Made by a program: the position numbers and the translations under genes
The notes under the pieces: model-generated
Told to the model about the DNA's origin: nothing
Databases searched by the model: none
What the model saw: only the letters and a program-made list of their open reading frames with translations
In this document: one piece after another, positions 59,356 to 64,000 of the stretch
Position numbering within the stretch: position 1 is the stretch's first letter
Layout of the letters: each line of letters starts with the position of its first letter
From: Chrysemys picta bellii
Lineage: Eukaryota
DNA: 64,000 nucleotides
Direction of reading: 5' to 3'
NCBI RefSeq assembly: GCF_011386835.1
Contig: NC_088802.1
Span: 22,072,001-22,136,000 of the forward strand

Positions 59356-60781
59356 GTGTGAGCAGACTGCTGCATCCAGGCGGAAGTCAATGTGACCCTG
59401 TTGAGAGACCCACCCCTAGATAAGGGGGGGGGGGGGGGGGAAGAATCTGATCATTTGTAAAGGAAAGGGTAAAATAAGATTAAAAAGGAATAAAAATATG
59501 AATCAACTCACCTGCCTTTTAAATGTGGACCATAAAAATGGTGAGATCATTCTGACCTGTGGTTTTCTCTTTCTGTTGTCTTAGAGAGATTAGACAGACA
59601 AATCAGTAAGTAGGTAGATAAACAGACTTTCTGCCTCTGCAATACATCATGTCAGGATATCAACTCATCTTTGCTCCACTCCCAGGGATAACCTTACCCT
59701 ACCTTGTCAGCTTTAACTGTTTGGAGTAAAGAGCCTTTCCTCATCTGACTCCAAGACTAAGAACGGATTTTGGAGAGTTGTTTAAATGCTGTCTTGTTCC
59801 CATGGGAGAAGATCCCTGCAGATCACTCTCTGAAACAAGCTATCTGTAACACAGAGCTGGGTCAGTCCTTAAGCAGCAATTTACCATGCATAAGAATGAG
59901 AGTACTGAAGCTTGGATTGCCAAAGGAGCCTAATGGATTTAGGTATCCAATCTCAGTGACAGGCTTGGATTTTAAAAGTGCCCTAGGAGCTAGACCCCCA
60001 AACAGCAAACCATTTCATCTCCCATACGCTCCATTGACAATGCTAGCCATAATGTGAATGGAGCAAATAGACTGCATGAGATGGTGGGGAAAAAGTAGGA
60101 TGGGGGGACTAAGCAGTATTGCTTGACCCTGTGCTATTTGAAAATTTGACACCTATTCACCAAATATTTTCATGCATAGGAAAAGAAAGTCTAATTTGAC
60201 AATCCAGCATATGGAAGCATCCCCCTATACCTTTAACCTATTGGTTAGAGTACTTGGATGTGGGGGAAACTCATTCACTTCTCACCTCTGCCTGCTGTGG
60301 AGAAGAGATTTGAAATTAGGGCTCCCATCTCTCAGGAAAGTGCTCTAATCTCTTGGCTATGAGGTATTTTAGGGTAGGGCTTTCTCAGGCTCTCCTAATG
60401 AAGCTGTTCACATTATATAAGTCAGCAGCACATCGGCAACAGCAGATACTAGATACATCACTAGAATGCAGGTATGGAGGCATGTAGAATAGATTTCCAT
60501 CTTAGATTCACTCTTGCAAGTTTTCTTGCTTCCACAAGAGTTAGTATGGGAGGATTTAGGTTTCTTAAATTCCTCAGAATTGCAGCTTCCAATCTTATTC
60601 ATGATCACCCTTATGCTCTTCTTCCTTTGACCTCAGATTTATAAACCTTCAGTAAAAAAGTGTACTTTCTTCTGCACATTGGACATGACCCCACCATTGA
60701 ATCCATCTTCTTCTCAACTGATACAAGACTGCAACTAGCTGGGATCATCTAAGTATGTCCTTGCTTGTGACAAAATCAAAC

Positions 60782-61906
60782 TGTGACACTCTGTTCTTCT
60801 AGGGAGCGCCCTGTAACCCCCATGTTTATCATTTGTATATAGTTGTGATATTTCATATAAGGCTTGCCAAGTAAGGTATCATGGAAAAGATTATGACCTG
60901 CTGAAACCCATTGTTCTACCTAAATATGTATATCTTGAGTGCATATGAAGTTATGAGATTGTGCTCTATGGTTGTCATTGACATATGCTGTAAATTTGGG
61001 AGTCACCCAGATGCTAGTTTCCCCAGAGACAACAACAAGGGAGGTGACCAAGTGCCCAGGGGTGTGTGAAATTGGCCATCAACAACTATTGTCCAGCAAG
61101 GGAGGTACAATTCAATGACTTATCTGCACAAGACCACACCTGTGACTCAGCAATGCCCCAGCCATGGCTGGACTTGTTTTTTTTTTCCAAGTACATGGAC
61201 TAAGAGTATAAAATAGAACATAGGATGAAGCATGATGCCCCCTTTTCCTCTCCCCTGCACCTATGCTGAAAGCAACGAAAATGCTGGAGCTGAGGAGACT
61301 GATACGCAGGCCTTCCCTGTTAGGCCTGGGGACCAAAGACTGTAACTAACCTGCAATATCCAGTGGGATGAGAAAAACTGCTTGAACTAGATATTGCCTA
61401 AGTCTAATAAGGTTGAGAGTTTAGACAGTGTGCTTAGCTTTTATTTTCTTTTGTTAACTTATCTGACTTTTTGTCTATCACTTATATTCTAACTTATTTT
61501 TATCTTTATCCTTACCAGAGTTTGTCTGAAGTGTTTGGTAAATCTGCTCAGGTTACAAAGGCTGGTACATGTCCACTTTCCCTTGAAGAAGTGGCGAACT
61601 AATTAATAAACTTGCACTGGTCAAGATCCTTTCATGAGCAATACAAGGCAGTATATTCCTGAGGTACAAGGCTGGGAGCAGGGCAGGATTTGGCTGGTGC
61701 CTTTCTCTGTGCGTTTCGTAAGTGCTGTGGGATCATTCATGCAATCTAGCTGGGCATGGGGCTCCACATGCTGCTGGACTGAGTGCTAGTGAACGGCATC
61801 AAACACCTCCACATGCTGTTATCAGAGCACTGTGAGATACAACCCAGGCTAGTGAATTCAGGGGGCACTGCGGTCCCATAGGTTGCAGCCCAGGGATCCC
61901 GTCCCA
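60782..61906. mobile_element. Solo LTR, 1125 bp
   Basis: TGTGAC ... GTCCCA termini; flanks caaac/caaat (5-bp TSD, 1 mismatch). Confidence 0.7.
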
Positions 61907-62559
61907 CAAATCAACAGATGTTAAAAATCCGCTGTATTTTTGACCCTGAAAACTGTCCAGTTTCCTCCTTGGCTATTTTTAATGGATATATTTCTGCTCC
62001 ATATAACAGAGTTGCCATGGCTACCACATTGAACACTCATCTCTTAGCTGTCACATAGACATTCTGCCACGCAAACGGAAGCATTTGAAGATACTGAAAT
62101 GCCACCGATGCAAAATGGATCAAACGTGTGACTCCTTCCTATATAGAACCTCCTGCTGTCAACCCGCTACCCAGATAGATAAAACTATTCACCCATTCAA
62201 AGCCATTGGCATGTACATGCACAGCACCAGGCCATTCATTTCCATTTTATAGGAGGCATTCATGTCTTTGGTTTTGTCATCATAGATTAAGTTATTTTTC
62301 TCAGCTGTTGGTCAGTAGTCGCCCCAAGTAAGGCAATACCATCCTCATATTAAAGATCTACTCAAGATGAATCTCTAAATAATACACCTCCTATCTGGGC
62401 CTCAATCAGTCTGTGACACTTTGTGTCTTAAAGCAGCACCCTGCCCCCCATAGTCACACTGCCATAGAATTATGATATATTTTCTACAAAGTAGATCATG
62501 TAAGGTATTAATGGAAAAGTTACAATCTATCAAGTATGATCATCCTGTTTGTTTCCCCA

Positions 62560-64000
62560 CATAAAATGCTCTAAGTGCATGAAGCCGGCGGACCGCGTCC
62601 ACAGTACCGAGGCTAGAGTCGACTTCCGGAGCGTAGCACTGTGGGTAACTATCCCACAGTTCCCACAGTCTCCGCCGCCCATTGGAATTCGGGGTTGAGA
62701 TCCCAATGCCTGATGATGCAAAACAGTGTAGCGGGGGGGTTCTGGGTACATGCCGTCAGGCCCCTCCCCCTCCATCAGAGCAACGGCAGACAATCGATTC
62801 GCACCTTTTTACCTGGGTTACCTGTACAGACAACATACCACCACAAGCATGGAGCCCGTTCAGATCAGCTCAGCTCACCATCACCATATATCATCTGGGT
62901 GCCGGCAGACGTGGTACCACATTGCTACACAGCAGCAGCTAATTGCCTTTTGGCAGTAGACGGTGCAGTATGACTGGTAGTCGTCATCGGCTATCTGGGT
63001 GCTGGCAGACGTGGGGCTGCATTGCTATACAGCAGCAGCCCATGGCCTTTTGGCAGTAGATGGTGTACTAAGATTGATATCCATCATCGTCGTATTCCAG
63101 TTCACTCAGAGGCACCTGGGCAGACATGCTTTGCCTCCTGGAGACTCAGTCCTGCCGGCTGTACTATTGAACTGTCTTGACGATGATGGCTAGCAATCGT
63201 AGTACAGTATCTTCTACCAAGCACCCAGAAGATGCCGAGGGCTATCAGTCATGCTGCACCATCTGCTGCCAGCTTAATATGTAAAAAATAGATGTATTCA
63301 TTTGCTTCCCCCTCCCTCCGTGAAATCAACGGCCTGCTAAACCCAGGGTTTTGAGTTCAATCTTTGGAGGGGCCATTCTGTGTGACAGTTGTTTGTGTTT
63401 CTCCCTGATGCACAGCCACCTTTGTTGATTTTAATTCCCTGTACCTATATGCCATGTCGTCAGTCGCCCCTCCCTCCCTCCGTCAGTTTCGTGCCTTTTT
63501 TCAAACCAGACGCCATAGCACTGGGATCATGGAGCCCGCTCAGATCACCGCGGCAATTATGAGCACTATGAACACCACGCGCATTGTCCTGGAGTATATG
63601 CAGAGCCAGGACATGCCAAAGCAAAACCAGGACCAGCTGATGAGGCGATTGCAGCGCAGCGACGAGAGTGATGAGAAAATTGACATGAACATAGCCCTCT
63701 CACAAGGTACGGGCCCCAGCAATGTGGAAATCATGGTGTTAGTGGGGCAGGTTCATGCCGTGGAACACCGATTCTGGGCCCGGGAAACAAGCACAGACTG
63801 GTGGGACCGCATCATGTTGCAGGTCTGGGACGAATCCCAGTGACTGCGAAACTTTTGCATGCGTAAGGGCACTTTCATGGAACTTTGTGACTTGCTTTCC
63901 ACTACTCTGAAGCGCCAGAATATCAGGATGAGAGCAGCCTTCACAGTTGAGAAGCGAGTGGCGATAGCCCTGTGGAAGCTTGCAACGCCAGACAGCTACC
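62560..64000 (+). mobile_element. PIF/Harbinger transposon with transposase pseudogene (runs off the window)
   Basis: ATG 63529; WWDRIMLQVWDESQ, TGA at 63841-63843, then in frame LRNFCMRKGTFMELC...VEKRVAIALWKLATPDSY. Confidence 0.9.

Larger units (their letters stand above)
56259..59880 (-). promoter_or_regulatory. Orphan OR promoter, first exon and intron start (copy 4) with no cognate CDS
   Basis: Homologous pieces 59356-59880, 57803-58017 and 56259-56620; palindromic TCCCATGGGA at 59798-59807; donor CAG|GTGAGT at 59512/59511. Confidence 0.6.

Overview
Vertebrate genomic DNA, very probably turtle (tRNA-derived SINE sharing its 3' tail with CR1; turtle-type CR1, Penelope-like, hAT and PIF/Harbinger repeats). 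The window is part of a class II olfactory receptor (OR) cluster. It holds five intact OR coding exons: three 310-aa paralogs of one subfamily on + (6522, 21223, 43259) and two 309-aa paralogs of a second subfamily in the arms of a ~6-7 kb inverted duplication (30555 +, 54189 -). A fourth gene of the first subfamily survives only as two complementary pieces: a 3' CDS fragment at 27660 and a CDS-less promoter/first-exon module on - at 56259-59880. Each intact first-subfamily gene has a conserved upstream module (Olf-1/EBF-like site plus AG|GTGAGT donor) and a predicted 3.4-5.1 kb 5'-UTR intron containing a decayed antisense R4/Dong LINE. No prokaryotic system, CRISPR array or bona fide RNA gene is present. 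The most unusual signals come from comparing paralogous copies by eye: about a dozen 11-175 bp micro-inversions, usually bounded by short inverted microhomologies; an orphaned OR promoter now pointing at an OR of the other subfamily; a promoter/CDS chimeric gene; two ~240-bp gene-conversion-like tracts; and loss of the second ECL2 disulfide in the inverted OR pair. All alignments and identity estimates were done manually and need computational confirmation.
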